A stretch of DNA of 64,000 nucleotides. Origin: Eledone cirrhosa (taxonomy: Eukaryota). Shown one piece after another: positions 12,680 to 26,395 of the stretch. The stretch spans positions 347,696,001 through 347,760,000 of the forward strand of contig OZ024743.1 in the NCBI GenBank assembly GCA_964016885.1. The letters run 5' to 3'. How positions within the stretch are numbered: position 1 is the first letter of the stretch; every line of letters begins with the position of its first letter. The position numbers and the translations under genes are program-made. Under the pieces are notes generated by a model that saw only the letters and a list, made by a program, of their open reading frames with translations, was not told the DNA's origin and did not search any database.

Positions 12680-15562
12680 CTTGTATTTGTACTTGTACTT
12701 GTGTCGACATTCAACCTGGACCGGTTGAGCCGGCTTCTTCCCTTGTCCTGACGGCATCCCGAACCATGGCAGCCCTCGCACGACGGTCCCGGGCTAGGTC
12801 ACTGGAGATAGCGAGCCAGTCACGGTTCTATTGGCGCAGGCCGACCACCTGTGGACCTGAGAGTTCGGAGAGGTCCACCTTGATCGTCGTTGCCCAGGTC
12901 TTCAGCTGCCCACTAACGCGCTTGCGCCAATTAGGGAGTGGGGGAGGGAGGAGAACATCGCGGATCAGCGTGACCAAGCCATCTCAAGCGCCGTTGCAGA
13001 AGCACTGAAGGAAGGGGTCGAAGATTCAGGCGAAGACGAAGACTGGTGGTAGGTACACGATCAACGCGGCGGAGACAGTCATTGTCGAATACCTCCAGCC
13101 CTCGTTGATGGACTACCCTCATAGGCCATGTTTCACAACTATAGAGGCGGATAGTGCGAACGACGGCCTGATAGATTCGCCCTTTGGTCGCCGAGGTGAT
13201 CTCTCTTCTGTCACATAGACACCCTGGAGGCTCCCAAAGGCGGAGCTGGCAGCACCTATGCGACGCTTGACTTCGGCCGCGCCCTGTCCCGTTGGAACCA
13301 CTGTTGAGCTCAGGTAAACGAAGGACTCCATATCCTCCAGGTCCACGCTCTTGAGAGATATTGGCTGCCAGGCATCAGGCGAGACCAGTGACGTCATGAC
13401 TTTCTACTTGGCGGCATTGATTCGTAGACCAACAGCGGCGGCACCTTTCGAGAGCACCTTGTACATCTGTCCCGTTAGCGCCCATCAGCACGATGTCATC
13501 CGCGTAGGCCAGGTCCGTCACCACGACCCCTCTCTCGACCTCTACGCCCGGGATCCCGGAGCGCTGTGTTGAGAGTGTAGTCAATGGCGTAGTTAAAGAG
13601 AGTTGGCGATAGCACACACTCCTGCCGAACACCGGTCCCATCATCGAACGACTCCGTCTGCCCACCAGAGGCCCTCACTCGAGCCCGAGTGGACCGGTAG
13701 TAGCCTTGTATGAGTCAAAGAAGCCTCACTGGGATGCCCTCCGCCTGCATTATACGCCATAGGGCTTCCCGATCTACCGAGTCGAAGGCAGCTGCAAAGT
13801 CGATGAAGCAAACGACGGTAGCTGTTGATGTGCCCACCGTTGTTCCAGGACACGCCGGAGATTGAAGATTTGATCAACGCACCCCCTCTCCGGACGGAAG
13901 CTGCCCTGAGAAGGACGGGTACGGACATCACCGATGGCCTGGAACCTCTTCAGCAGAAGAATTGTGAAGGTTTTGGCAGCAACGTCAATTAAACTGATAC
14001 CCATGTAGTTGGAACACAGTTTCGAGCCGCCCGTTTTGAAGAAGGGTAGGAGAGTTGCCTCGCTCCAGTCACCAAGGAACCGCTCCGTCGCCCACACGGA
14101 GGAGAAGACTCGATGGACCCAAGCTGCGTAGATATCAGGCTCGGACTTGTAGACCTCAGCTGGAACGCCATCTTCGCCCGGCGCCTTGCTGTTCCGGAGA
14201 TGTGTCAGGACACTACGTACCTGCTCGACCGTTGGAGGAGCAGTGATGCACCCGTATTCTTCTCCGGAAGGCTGCACGTAGGTTGGCGTGGGTGCTGCCG
14301 TGTGGTTGAGCAGCTCGGAGAAATGGTCCCGGACTAGCCAGTCATTAAGATTGGTAATGACCGCTCCGTTCCGATCACGGATCGTCTCGCTGATACCCGT
14401 ACTGCTTCGGCTGGTCCGCTTCACCAGTTGGTAGAGCTTGCACTAGTTACCACAGGCTGCTGCCCTCTCCGTCTGCTCTGCAAATTCGTGCCAGTGTGCA
14501 TTCCGATCTGCCCGAATGGCCCGAGATGTGCGACGTCGGAGATCTCGAAGATTGGGTGCACCCTCGAGTTGGGCCACTCTCGCCCTCTCCGCAACTTCAA
14601 GAGTGCCGCCGGAGATCCAGTCCTGATGGTGTGTTTGGAACGACCCGAGATGCTCTCTGGCCAGCTCAACCGTCGCCGCCCTGAGCGCGTTCCAGTCCTG
14701 CTTCGGCTGCTGTCCCACTTCGTTACTCAGCATTTAGAATCGGTTGGGAGGAGGTTTCGCCCGCAGACGCAGTCGAAGGGTTGCTCGAACAAGAGTATGG
14801 TCTGACCCATGCTCACTGCCCGTATTAGCCCCCCACCCCCACCCCCCGCGATACGCACGCGAGTCCATCACTGAGATCTGACCAGGATGTAGTCAATCTG
14901 ATTGGCCATTCTTCCGTCATTGGATCGCCACGTGACGAGGTGACGCCGAGGATGCTGGAACCGGGTTTTGGTGACGATAAGACGATTGTGATCCGCGAAG
15001 GACACGAGCCGTTCACCATTGTCACAGCGTACGCCTAGAGCGAAGCGTCCTAGACTATGCCGTGTTGTATCATCAGCCGGCCCTGACCGCGCATTCCAGT
15101 CCCCAGCGACAATGAGAACATCACTGGAGGGGGCGCCATCCACCGTTGTTTGGAGATCGGCATAGAACTGCGGCTTGTTTGCCTCGTCCGCATTGAGTGT
15201 GGCAGCGTAGACGGCAATTACGCTCATGTTGGAGATTCGACCCCTCAATCGAACCAGCGCGAGTCGGCGTGAGATCGGCTGCCACGCTAGCAGAGCCGTT
15301 TGCGCGTCGGGGCTGAGCGCTACAGCGACCCCGTGAAGACAACTGTTGTCAGTCACGCCACTATGGTACAAGTCGTAGGAGATGTCCTCGCCAGGAACTT
15401 CTGAAAGGCAACCGACTAACGCAGTACCCGTGCAGAACCTTCATTGTAATTTCCCGGACACCGTCGTCAGGAAGTGTTCGGACGTTCCAGCACGCCACCC
15501 TCAATCCTTCCTTCGTCTGAAGAGCGGAACTACTGCGGGAGTAGTCTGTAGGTAGGAGCGCT
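12680..15562 (-). mobile_element. RTE-clade LINE (APE endonuclease + RT), frameshifted, with (TACAAG)n 3' tail
   Basis: Minus-strand ORF fragments contain ACWNVRTL, IVAGDWNA and QIDYILV (APE), and KAPGEDG, NYMGISLID, GVRQECVLSP and AYADDI (RT). Tail CTTGTA repeats at 12680-12702. Much more GC-rich than the flanks. Confidence 0.93.
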
Positions 15563-15947
15563 GTAATAACACGTAATAACAACGTAATAACACGAAGCAA
15601 TAACAATAAGTTGATCAATTGAGAAAAAAAAAATAGTCAATATTCATTTGAATTCACAACCTGCGACATAACAACTTAATGCTCTATTCTTTTGCAATCT
15701 ACAACAGATGTTTGTGTTGAGATTAAATTACTTTGATAAATAGAATTTAGTCTGATATATACGTTAAGGAAATTATGATTCCCCATATATAGATAAAGCA
15801 ATTGTTTTTCTCAAGATACCGAAATTACAGGATCATAAGAGCTTCAGACAGAATGTCCTATGGTGTTCTGTCTCGTTGTATGTACTCTCAGTTCAAATCA
15901 CACAGATGCTCATTTTGTCCACGGTGATGAAGTCCCGATACTGGGTT

Positions 15948-16013
<66 letters not shown>

Positions 16014-16103
16014 CTCCTCTCCCCTCCTCTCTCACTCTCCCCTCCCTCCTTCACTCTCTCGTCTCAGATGTGAGAAAAACCACAGATCCTCCATCTCAGC
16101 TCT

Positions 16104-16141
16104 ACTTTTGAAAAGCAGAAGAGCTGCGAAACCGGTAAAGG
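16104..16141 (+). ncRNA. Degenerate minimal type I hammerhead motif in a PLE pLTR-like remnant
   Basis: CTT-TTGAAAA-GCAG(AAGAG)CTGC-GAAA-CCGG-TA-AAG. The geometry is correct, but the core differs from CUGAAGA at 2 positions. Confidence 0.5.
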
Positions 16142-16273
16142 AACCAAATAAATACATATATTTTTTTTAAAATAAAACTCCAGTTGCATTTTCGATTTCA
16201 CCTTTTTTTCTTTATACTTTCACTCGTCTAGGACACCTCGGTTATTTTTCATTTTGTAAAAAAAACCCTCACT

Positions 16274-16306
<33 letters not shown>

Positions 16307-16340
16307 TTCACCCTTAACGGGATCTTCTGAAACTAATATA

Positions 16341-16420
<80 letters not shown>

Positions 16421-16430
16421 TATACACACA

Positions 16431-16558
<128 letters not shown>

Positions 16559-16578
16559 TATATGCATATATATATATA

Positions 16579-16997
16579 TAAGATAAAGTTAAATAAAAAG
16601 TCAAATAATTAAAATTTAGCTTCGTTTATTACTGCTATATATATTTCAGTGACAGCCATCTTTGGCTGTGACCTCATCGGATATGATTCCAGTTCCTCAG
16701 TGAAATAACAACCCAACCAGGAACTGGGCATATCAGAGTATTGACAATATTATACACCTCAACAACATATGTACTTGTCTATACCATACTAATTCAAACT
16801 CCCGAAGAAGTCACAGCCAAAGATGGCTGTCACTGAAATATATATAGCAGTAATAAACGAACCTAATTTTAATCATTTGACTTTTTATTTAACTTTATTT
16901 TACACTACTCCGGAGTAACCAAACCAACCTGCGCACTTCGCCGAGTGCTCCAGGCTGCATACTGAGGTGTTGGTATACAACCAACATAAACTCAAAA

Positions 16998-16998
<1 letters not shown>
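16579..16998 (+). mobile_element. Fold-back PLE-type non-coding insertion with HHR-like motif in both arms
   Basis: Inverted arms 16579-16680 and 16802-16902, unpaired tail 16903-16998, flanked by (TA)n and (CT)n(TA)n. Arms carry CCGA(T/A)GA-..ACAGCC(AAAGAT)GGCTGT..-GAAA-TATATA. Confidence 0.75.
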
Positions 16999-17050
<52 letters not shown>

Positions 17051-17105
17051 TTATATATATATTTATATATATATATATGTATGTATAAATATATATATAT
17101 ATGTA

Positions 17106-17159
<54 letters not shown>

Positions 17160-17565
17160 TATGTTGCTTGATGCTGATATATGTAATCTCAGCGTGTTCA
17201 TCATGAGTATTGCGTGCCTATGTCCTGATTTGAATGAAGTCTTTAAAGAAAGCAAGTCATAAGGATGTGGCGGGGATGTTATACGGCTCTGTTGTTGCAC
17301 TTAACAGCCCGGGGTCATTCGGTGCCCTTTCTATTTGATATATTGGCGTAACTCAGGAAACAAGCAACCTGTGATAAAGTGATCCAGTGTCTCTTTAATG
17401 GTTGACGAGGAGGTATATAACTGGGGGAGAGGTAGATAGGGTGGGAGAAAAATAGTTAGAAACTTAGGAAGAGAGTGTTGTGTGATGGTGGTAGGTAATG
17501 AATGAGAGATTATGAGTGTATTCGAGTGGGTCAAGGGTAAAATATTTAAAATTAGGGAGTCACAC

Positions 17566-17616
<51 letters not shown>

Positions 17617-17788
17617 TGAGAGAGAGAGAGAGAGAGAGAAAGATGGAGAGTGGGAAGGACAACGAAGTTAAAGTGATTTAAAAGCTAGAAATAGATCGTG
17701 AGAGAAGTAGAGATGGAGAGATAATCATTGTAACTTTCTCTCTCACTCTCTCCCTCTCTCGCTTCCTCTCTCTCTCTATCTATCTCTG

Positions 17789-17842
<54 letters not shown>

Positions 17843-17862
17843 GAGAGAGAGAGATTGATAGC

Positions 17863-17894
<32 letters not shown>

Positions 17895-17915
17895 AGTGTG
17901 TGTGTGTGTGTGTGT

Positions 17916-17964
<49 letters not shown>

Positions 17965-18427
17965 CGTGTGCGTGTGTGTGTGTGTGTGCGTGTGTGTGTA
18001 TGCTCTCGTAACACCTGGTGAAGTCGTAGGGGCGCCGTATTGTCAAACGGCATTTCTTGGGCATATTAAACCACGCAGTGCCCACCCTTGTTCAAGTTTG
18101 AACACAGCCGATTTCTTCCAGGGAAGGAGGATGTGTTATAGAGTGATGAAATGGGAAAGTGATGTAGAGGATGAACAGACTCTGCTCCTGTCTTTTGACA
18201 GTGTTTTTTTATCGACTTCTGACAGATGAAAGTTGACTTCACTGGGACTTGAACGCATTGAGGGAAGAGAGAACGAATATCGTGATGCATTCTAACTGGA
18301 ATTTTAATGACGCTGCCTTCCTTACACACATACACACACACAGGCACACGGACACACACACACATATTGCTTATCGACGACGATTTTCAGCAGTTGTAGA
18401 TGTAAAGTATATCACTGACAAATGATC

Positions 18428-18458
<31 letters not shown>

Positions 18459-20514
18459 AACTTAAATGTATGTGTGTGTTTGTATGGGTGTGTGTATGTA
18501 TAGTGAAAGAGAAAAGAAGAGATATTATATGTCTGTATATATATATATATATGTATATATGTATATATATATATAGATAGATAGATAGATACACTCAGAA
18601 ATTTATGAAGTAGTTTGTGGGAAATAAAAAGAAAAGCATGAGATATTGGAAGGCAGAGGGAGAAGGGTGACAAATATGGAATAGTGCAGGAAGGATGAAA
18701 CGGAAAATATGTCATAGGTAAAAAAACAAAAAATAAATAAATAAATAACATAAATTTAAGCAAGGGAAAATAAATAAATAAGAAAAGAACAGTATACAAG
18801 GTTAAGAGATAAGGAGTCAAATATACAGCAATAAAGAACAAAGTCCGTCCGTGATGTGATACATTAACTGAGTCATTAATATTGAAGGTAGAATCACGGT
18901 GGAACAAGAGGGCATCTTTAAAATAGTATTTAAAAAAGTAGATGAACTACAAAAATGAAAATATGTCAGGCACTGAGGCAATCACTGGAAGTAAGGGTGT
19001 TTATAAATAATAAACAATTGCTGTGAGGGAAGAGGTCAAAGTTTGGATCATACTATAAATCCTTTAAAACGTATGAGGACACGTTAAAAGTACTCGTAAC
19101 ATGATTTAGAAATATTTCGGCGAGATATATGTATATATATATATGCAGCTGTGTGTGTGTGCGTGTGTATATCCGCGGGGCTAAGAAGATTGCTTTGCGA
19201 AATGTATATATATATACAGCTGTGTGTGTTCGCGTGAGTATATCCGCGGGGCTAAGAAGATTGCTTTGCATTCATTAAGCCTTAGGTTCGATCTCACTGC
19301 GCGGCATCATCCAACATAGCCTGGAATCGACCCATTACTTGTGAGAGAAATTGTGTCAAAAGAAACTTTTGGGAAGCCCGCCTGAAGAATTGTACTTGAA
19401 ATCCAAAAGCCCGCTGTGTCATAAACTGCGTCACATTGGATAGTCCTGAGAAATTCCAGTGTCTCTGGTAGTTTAAGCCACTTACATGCCAATTTCAAAA
19501 ACAGACAGTTTCTGGTCGATGGATCAATGGCGTAGTAGCTTTCACCTCGGCTCATTTCATTGTTATGCTGTTGGGGCTATGTTTTGTGTCCCATGTCATC
19601 CTAGGTTGAATAGGCCTATGGTGAAAGGTTATTTTTTTAAACGGATGATCTAGGATTACATTATATGAAGATTAATTATGAGGGAATATAGCTGCTATTT
19701 CCACGTATGACTACATAGAGACCATCTCATTGGCTCGATTTATTTATTTCTTAATCCCCATGCGAATATCAAGAAAGACACCAAACTAATAAAATAACTA
19801 CAGTTTCGAACGATATGACCTGAATTTTATATTAGAACTACCTTCGTTTGAAATCCAAATTCCGCCGGGGTAAAATTTGTTTTCTACCTTTTCAAAATCA
19901 ATAAACAAATTCTATTGATAAACGAGTCTAATGCCGTGAATACACGGAATCGATAGAGTGTTTCTGCCCATGTTTCCTTTTTTGGGGTGGTGGTGGGGGT
20001 GGTGGTGAGTGTTCTGTGTTACAATCTTGAAGTTTAAGACAGAAATGTGGCGCTTAGCGGAATATCCTCTGCTGCAAGTGTTCAGGACAGGTCGGCAGTG
20101 TGAGAAAAGGTTCCACGTATACTTTTGCATAACATTCTTTTGAGGCACTCCCTTCTTCACTAAACAGTAAACAATCCCTACCAGATACAGCACACAACAT
20201 ATGCAAGATGCGCTCAATTAATTGAACAATTATAACAGAACATTCTCCGTATACAACTACGATCTATAACATCACAAACGCATTAACGAAACTGACTTAC
20301 TCCTACATAATCTATATCCGACCTTATAATAGTAATAATTACCAGAATTCACATCGCACATATTCTACAGGACAGTCGTTACACGAATATAATATCAGAA
20401 TTAACATAGAACAGATTACAATACAAAACTGGGATATTGTAGTATAAAAGGCTAAAAATGTAGTTTTTCCTTTTGCTTTCCTTTTATTTATTTTATCTAT
20501 TTATTGTTAAAGTC

Positions 20515-20692
20515 TGTTCGAAGCCCAGATGCTCATCAGACCGGAGGCCACTCCGCTTTTATTGACGTTAATCGACTAGGAGTTTATCTTACTTAATGGC
20601 ATACACCCCATCTCCCATCCTTCTAAGAATTGTGTCCTCGACTTGTCGATCATGAAACTAATCCCTTAACCACTATGCTACGTTCCTTCACT
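20515..20692 (-). mobile_element. Decayed tRNA-derived SINE
   Basis: Minus strand begins GTGAAGGAACGTAGCATAGTGGTTAAGG (A-box-like). The body includes GCTCATCAGACCGGAG...CGACTAGGAGT, reminiscent of widespread invertebrate SINE bodies. Confidence 0.5.
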
Positions 20693-21703
20693 TCACAGTC
20701 ATGTAAAAGAACAATTCATATATTTAGAAAACAATAATTAATGCAACCATAAACGTGGTGTTGTACCTGATGGTGCACTGGGAGTTGATATAAAACAGCT
20801 GAAAAACACACACAGACAATTCCGTAGAAATGTAAAAAGATTTGAAAGCTAAAAAAAGGGGTTTAATATAAAGAAAATATAAAAATGTATTGTTTTACCT
20901 TCCACATTAATTCAAACTTATCTCAACGTTTCAAATTTCACATTAAAAAAAAAGTCTCCGAAATATTCAGCCAACAATTTAATAGAAATATATATCTAGA
21001 ATGTTTATTATTCAGCTGAATAATACAATTGTCATAGCAGCCAGAGGCACAGATCATATCATGTAGTTTAATTACTCTTTTAATTATGAGATTAAACAAA
21101 ATGCTAAATTAAAGACTAATAATAACATAAGCTAATTGACCTAATATTTGATTCTATTTATAAGAACGTTAATAATTTCTTATTTACTGTATTAATGGAT
21201 TTTTACTTCTTAAGAATATAATGTAATTGGAAAATATAGGTTATCAAGACATTCATTCCTCTGTTGCAATAATTAGACTGATATGGAAATATTTTTGTAA
21301 TTATATAACGTCAAGTAATGGAATTCTGAAAGGACATGTGTCGTTTATCAATAGAATTAGCTTAGTCAATTGAAATATCGGTAATTACTTATTAATTATG
21401 AAGTTGAAATATATTTATATAAATAACATGATATAATTAACTGATAATTAAATATGTCCTGAAGTGTTATAAAAAACACTCCACTCCACCCATCATTAAT
21501 GTTTATCTTTATTGGAATGAAGAAAGACATGAAGGGTACACGATCTCATTTATTTTTCGCCATTGTGTGCAGACATATACTCGTTGAATACACAAACGCA
21601 AACACACAGACACAAGCATACACACACGCACGCACACACGCTCGTACTCCACCCCCTATATATATGTGTGTGTATATATATATACATATATATATATGGA
21701 CTT

Positions 21704-21776
<73 letters not shown>

Positions 21777-21777
<1 letters not shown>

Positions 21778-21818
21778 CTCCTGATGATTTCATATGACTG
21801 AAACAGTTTTAGTTCTCT
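21777..21818 (+). ncRNA. Degenerate minimal hammerhead motif
   Basis: ACTC-CTGATGA-TTTCATATGACT-GAAA-CAGT-TT-TAGT. Intact CUGAUGA and GAAA, imperfect stems, located in a ~150-bp island between microsatellites. Confidence 0.5.
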
Positions 21819-22224
21819 AGAAGTCAGTTCTATATGAAACAAAGATGCCTATACTGTGCTAAGGTACTGAGTAAATGTTGTTAACTGTGGGTACTTCCCG
21901 ATACCGATCGGGAATCCACCCATTACATATATATAGAGAGAGAGTTCTTTAAAGCATACGTTTTTCTATAGTTCCAACTGTCTTCGAACTTATTTTTATC
22001 AACTTCTCTTTTCAGATAAATAATGCCAGACATCATGTTGAAGTAAGTAAATGGAAAAACGCGTTGTGATCGCTGCCTTAAAAGTGCAACATAGAGGTAC
22101 AGAGATACATTGCTCGCTGAAAGTTGTGTTAAAATGAATGCGCTGGATGCTGTGTTGATAAATGGAATATTTTAGATATTTTAAACCTGGCGGAGTCCTC
22201 TCTCTCTCTCTCTCTCTCTATTTC

Positions 22225-23810
22225 GGAACAGCCGATTTGATCAAGAGAAAGAAAAAGAGAGAAAATCGTAAAGAGAAACAATAGAAGAATTGTACCCAAT
22301 ATTGAACAACCGCCTGATGTATTGAAATCGAAAGAAAGCAAGTGGGATTTGAACTCAGAGTGTTGTGAACAGAAAGAAATAACTAGACATTTCTCATCAG
22401 ATGATCCAAAGATTCTGTCAATTCGCCGTCTTGTTAATTGAGATAAGGTATACAATATTTGGTGAAACATTATGATGCACAATGCAGAATAGTGTCTGAT
22501 GGAAAACATCAAAGCAAAATGTTCATCGTTATTCTGTGTGCCGGATGGTTTGAATCTCTGGAAAGGCACCTAACCAACGTCAACTGGGAGTGATAATCCC
22601 TATTTTCAAATATGGAGAAAAGAGATATTGTTTTAAGTGTAGAGGAATCGCCTTGTTAAGTCTCCTCGGTAAAGTTTATGCTAAATGTCTGGCAAAGAGA
22701 TGCAGTGATATCGTCAAGTACGAATTAACTGGCGAATAGTGTCATTTTTGCGCTGGACGTGGGACAGACGACTAAATATTTACAATGTGGAAGTTCTTCA
22801 AGAAAAGGTGGCTGTATTGCCAATAAACATATACTTGTTACGTAGACCTCGAAAAGGCATATGACCGCGTTACACGGATACTTATGGCGGAAGGTTTTGC
22901 AAGAGTATGGGATAGATGGACAGCTTCTTCTTGATTTAGTATTTGTGTTAGGATGAATAGCGCTAAGTCAAAATAATCAATGTGGTTAATGAACTACACC
23001 ACGTGCGTATACTGTCGCTTCTCTTGTATGAACTGGATTGACATGCGCAACCGAGTCAGAGGTTGTTTCAAGTCTGGCACGTGTAGAATCAGTGGGCTGA
23101 AATTTGAAGACGATATGGTATTATTAATTCGCTGAGACGTGATCTTTGACATAAACGTTATAGATTTTCTGTCAAGTCCTGCAGGCCAAGCAAGCCTGCG
23201 CGGCGTACCCTGCATATGAGTGGAGTTCCACTGAAACAGGAGCAGAGGTTCAGGTACGTCAGGGCCATGTTTACGAATAAGAGACGACAGAAGGTGGAAT
23301 CAAATGCAAGAATGGTTCAGTAATGCGCCAGCCGCCGTATTCGGTTACCAGAAGAAGCAAGGTTAGTGTTAAAACAAAACTCGGTAACTTCAATTTGGTA
23401 TTCGGGCCAACCATTACCTAAATTCATGAAACTTGATAAATGACCGAAAGAATACGATTTCAAATCCAGGTGGTCGAAATGCGTTACTTGAAACGATCTT
23501 TGGACTAACGTAATTCGATGGGTTGCGTAGTTCGGAGACTGGGAGGGGGGGGGGGGGGTCGCTCCCCGTAGAGCCGCAAGTTCTTCGAATTGAGAGATCA
23601 CACTTACAATACTACGGACATTTTGTCAGAATGTCTAAGGAAAGAATTGCTGGAGAATGCCAACTATTGGGTGACCCAGGAGTAGTCTCCGAGCAAGATG
23701 GTTGGTTAACATGGCTTGATCAATTTAATTTAGTTGCTTCTGACAGAACTCGCTAGAAGGCGTGCTTGAGGACTCTGCTTTCATGACTCTCCAAGAATAA
23801 GTAAGCACAA
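22225..23810 (+). mobile_element. RTE-clade LINE, decayed, ending in expanded (GAA)n
   Basis: Plus strand encodes VIIPIFKYG..C..CRGIALLSLLGKVYAK (~22590-22690), CYVDLEKAYDRV (~22835-22872) and LKFEDDMV (~23097-23120). Confidence 0.8.
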
Positions 23811-23990
23811 GAAGAAGAAGAAGAAGAAGAAGAAGAAGAAGAAGAAGAAGAAGAAGAAGAAGAAGAAGAAGAAGAAGAAGAAGAAGAAGAAGAAGAAGAA
23901 CAAGAAGAAGAAGAAGAAGAAGAAGAAGACAAAGACGAAGACGAAGAAGAAAAAGAAGAAGACAAAGACGAAGAAGAATAAGACGAAGAA

Positions 23991-24081
<91 letters not shown>

Positions 24082-24082
24082 A
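23808..24082. repeat. (GAA)n/(AAT)n compound repeat
   Basis: Directly visible; begins at the LINE 3' end. Confidence 0.97.
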
Positions 24083-24189
24083 CTCATTGTGCCAGAGTAA
24101 CAAATACTACACATCGAGTTAATTATAACTAAATTTACGTAGAGACTCTGAAAAATATTTAGTGGTCTTGCGATGTGTATATATATATA

Positions 24190-26395
24190 ACTATAACTAT
24201 ACACGGTGTGTATGATTGTATATAGAAGATTATATTAATAATAGGAATTCCAATTTTGTCTGATTTAATCGTTTTATTTACAATCCTTTAAAATTATAAT
24301 TAAATAGTATGGTAGAATATTAAATATTAAATGTTAATTGAACAAGTACGTTCATGCTTTCGCAATCTTCAGATTCATATTCAGTGGTGACAGTGAAGTT
24401 TGCAAATTTCAACAGTAATGAGATGGCTAAAATCTGTGCCTTATATACAGTAAAAAGGGGCTACAGAATGCTAATTTTGCAAACTGTATTTCGACCAATC
24501 GGTGTGTGGTTTCACTAGATTACTAAATCTGATTGGTTTAGGCGTCACGGTTGGTTGAGCATGTCTAACGACTTCAATTTGACCCTATTCACAGCATCAA
24601 TGGTTTTGCTATTTTTAGAAATGATGAAAAATAGCAATTTCTAGGGTTTTTATAAAAAAATATTCAGTAATCATGAACATCAACATCACTTTTATTATTA
24701 TTATTATTGTGGTTGTTGCTGTTAGTGGTGGTAGTCGACATGGACCAGTATGTATGAACTGACATGTGCCATATCGACTGTCATTACATTTAGATACGGT
24801 GAATGATTGGTCTCTGTAGTTAAGGTCAAACTTTGCCTTTGTTAGTAATTGCTTCACATTTTTCGGCTGTCTTTTACTAAGAATCAAAGCTCGGTCTATG
24901 ATTAAACCTTTTAATTCATTACTTTGAGCAATGATCGGTAGGTCTGCTTTGGCAGTTTTGAAGATATATCTGGTGACATGGGTTGTGTGTCATTATAAAT
25001 GGTATGACCAGTTCTTGGTTTCCTCTTCCTTGGGTTGTGCTAAGTTGTTGTATAAATATTTTTATAGCCCCTGTATGTCATTTTCTATAAGTAGAGATGG
25101 GTATTTTTGTTTGGGCAACAATTCTCTCAGTTCTGTTAGGTGTTTGTTCTTGGTATTCGTAACTTCTACAATGGTACAAATTCTTCTGGCTAGGCAGTAT
25201 GGGATGTTGCGTTTTGTATGAGGTGGATGGCACGACTTAAAATTCAGATATTGATGGGTGTCTGTGTGTTTATAATATATATCCGTGGTAATGGTGGTGT
25301 TGTTTTTGATTACTATTATATCTAGGAATGGTAATTTGGCACTACTCATCTCTTTTGTAAATTGGAGAGATGGGTGTATGTTATTCAGGAGGATATTGAA
25401 TCTAGAGATTCTGTCCAGATGATGAAACAGTCGTCAAGGTATTTCTTCCAAGACTTTTCAATATACTTTCTAAATCCAGTGCTATATTTTTCCTCTATTT
25501 CTTGGTAGAGTTGTTGTTCTAAGTATCCCATTACAGAGTTCGCGTAAACGGGAGCAAACTTCGTTCCCATCGTTGTGCCTCTAATTTGGATGTAATTATT
25601 TCCATTGAAGAAGAATGTGTTGTTTTCCAGAATAAGTCTGACTGCATCTAATATAAATGGAACTGTGAATCTGGTGGGAATCACTTCTCTATGTTTTTCC
25701 CCCCAGTATTTAACCGCCTGTATTCCTAAATCATGTGTAATGTTGGTGTAAAGGCTTGCCACATCAAAACTAAGTAGAAGTGAATTCGTTTCCGTGGTTT
25801 TGGGAAGATGGGACAGGAAGTCGATATCATCCCGGATGAAACTGGGTATGTGAATACATAGTTGTTTCAAAATAATATCAACAAAATTGCTTAGACGGTG
25901 GATAGGGCATGTTGGACCAGCTATAATAGGTTTAAGTTTTAAGTCTTTTGGATGTAGTAATTTAATGTACTCACTTTTTTGTTCTTTTATTGCCATGCAT
26001 TTTCGGTAAGCTATAAAAGTTGCTGAGTTTTGTCTCAAAATTGGTGATGTAGTCTCTTTCATTATCAGTAAGTGAGTTGTAGTATTTTGAAGACAGGTTG
26101 TTGATCTTCTTCATGATGTTGTGGTCTATATTTGACGGTATTTCATGGTAGAATGTTGTGTCTTTCAGTTGTTCCTCAACCAAATCTTTGTAGTATTCAG
26201 CATCCATTATAACAATTCCACCCCCTTTATCTGCTTGTTTAATTATTATTGTGTTATCATTTTGTATGCTTTTAAGTGCAGACATTTCCGATTTGTTAAT
26301 GTTTGGCCTAACATTAGCGTTACGTCTAAGAGGAAATTTAGACAGGATGCCAATGTATTGGTCGAGATAGATATTTCTTCCTTTTGGCGCAGTGA
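24190..26395 (-). mobile_element. Penelope-like element (Neptune-type), 5'-truncated and frameshifted; GIY-YIG not visible
   Basis: ORF fragments contain IIIKQADKGGGIV, YSLPKMH, LKPIIAG, SFDVASLYTNI, QIRGTTMG, KYLDDCF, LPFLDI, QYLNFKSCHP and a linker KCNDSRYGTC (Cys-linker typical of Neptune PLEs). A decayed HHR-like motif lies at ~24345-24390. Confidence 0.88.

Noticed and set aside
19138-19270. ~65-bp tandem duplication of a SINE head
   Set aside because: Real, but most simply an ordinary local duplication bounded by (TA)n slippage.
20530-20575. CTGATGAG on the minus strand
   Set aside because: It lies within a SINE body and lacks stem II-GAAA geometry.
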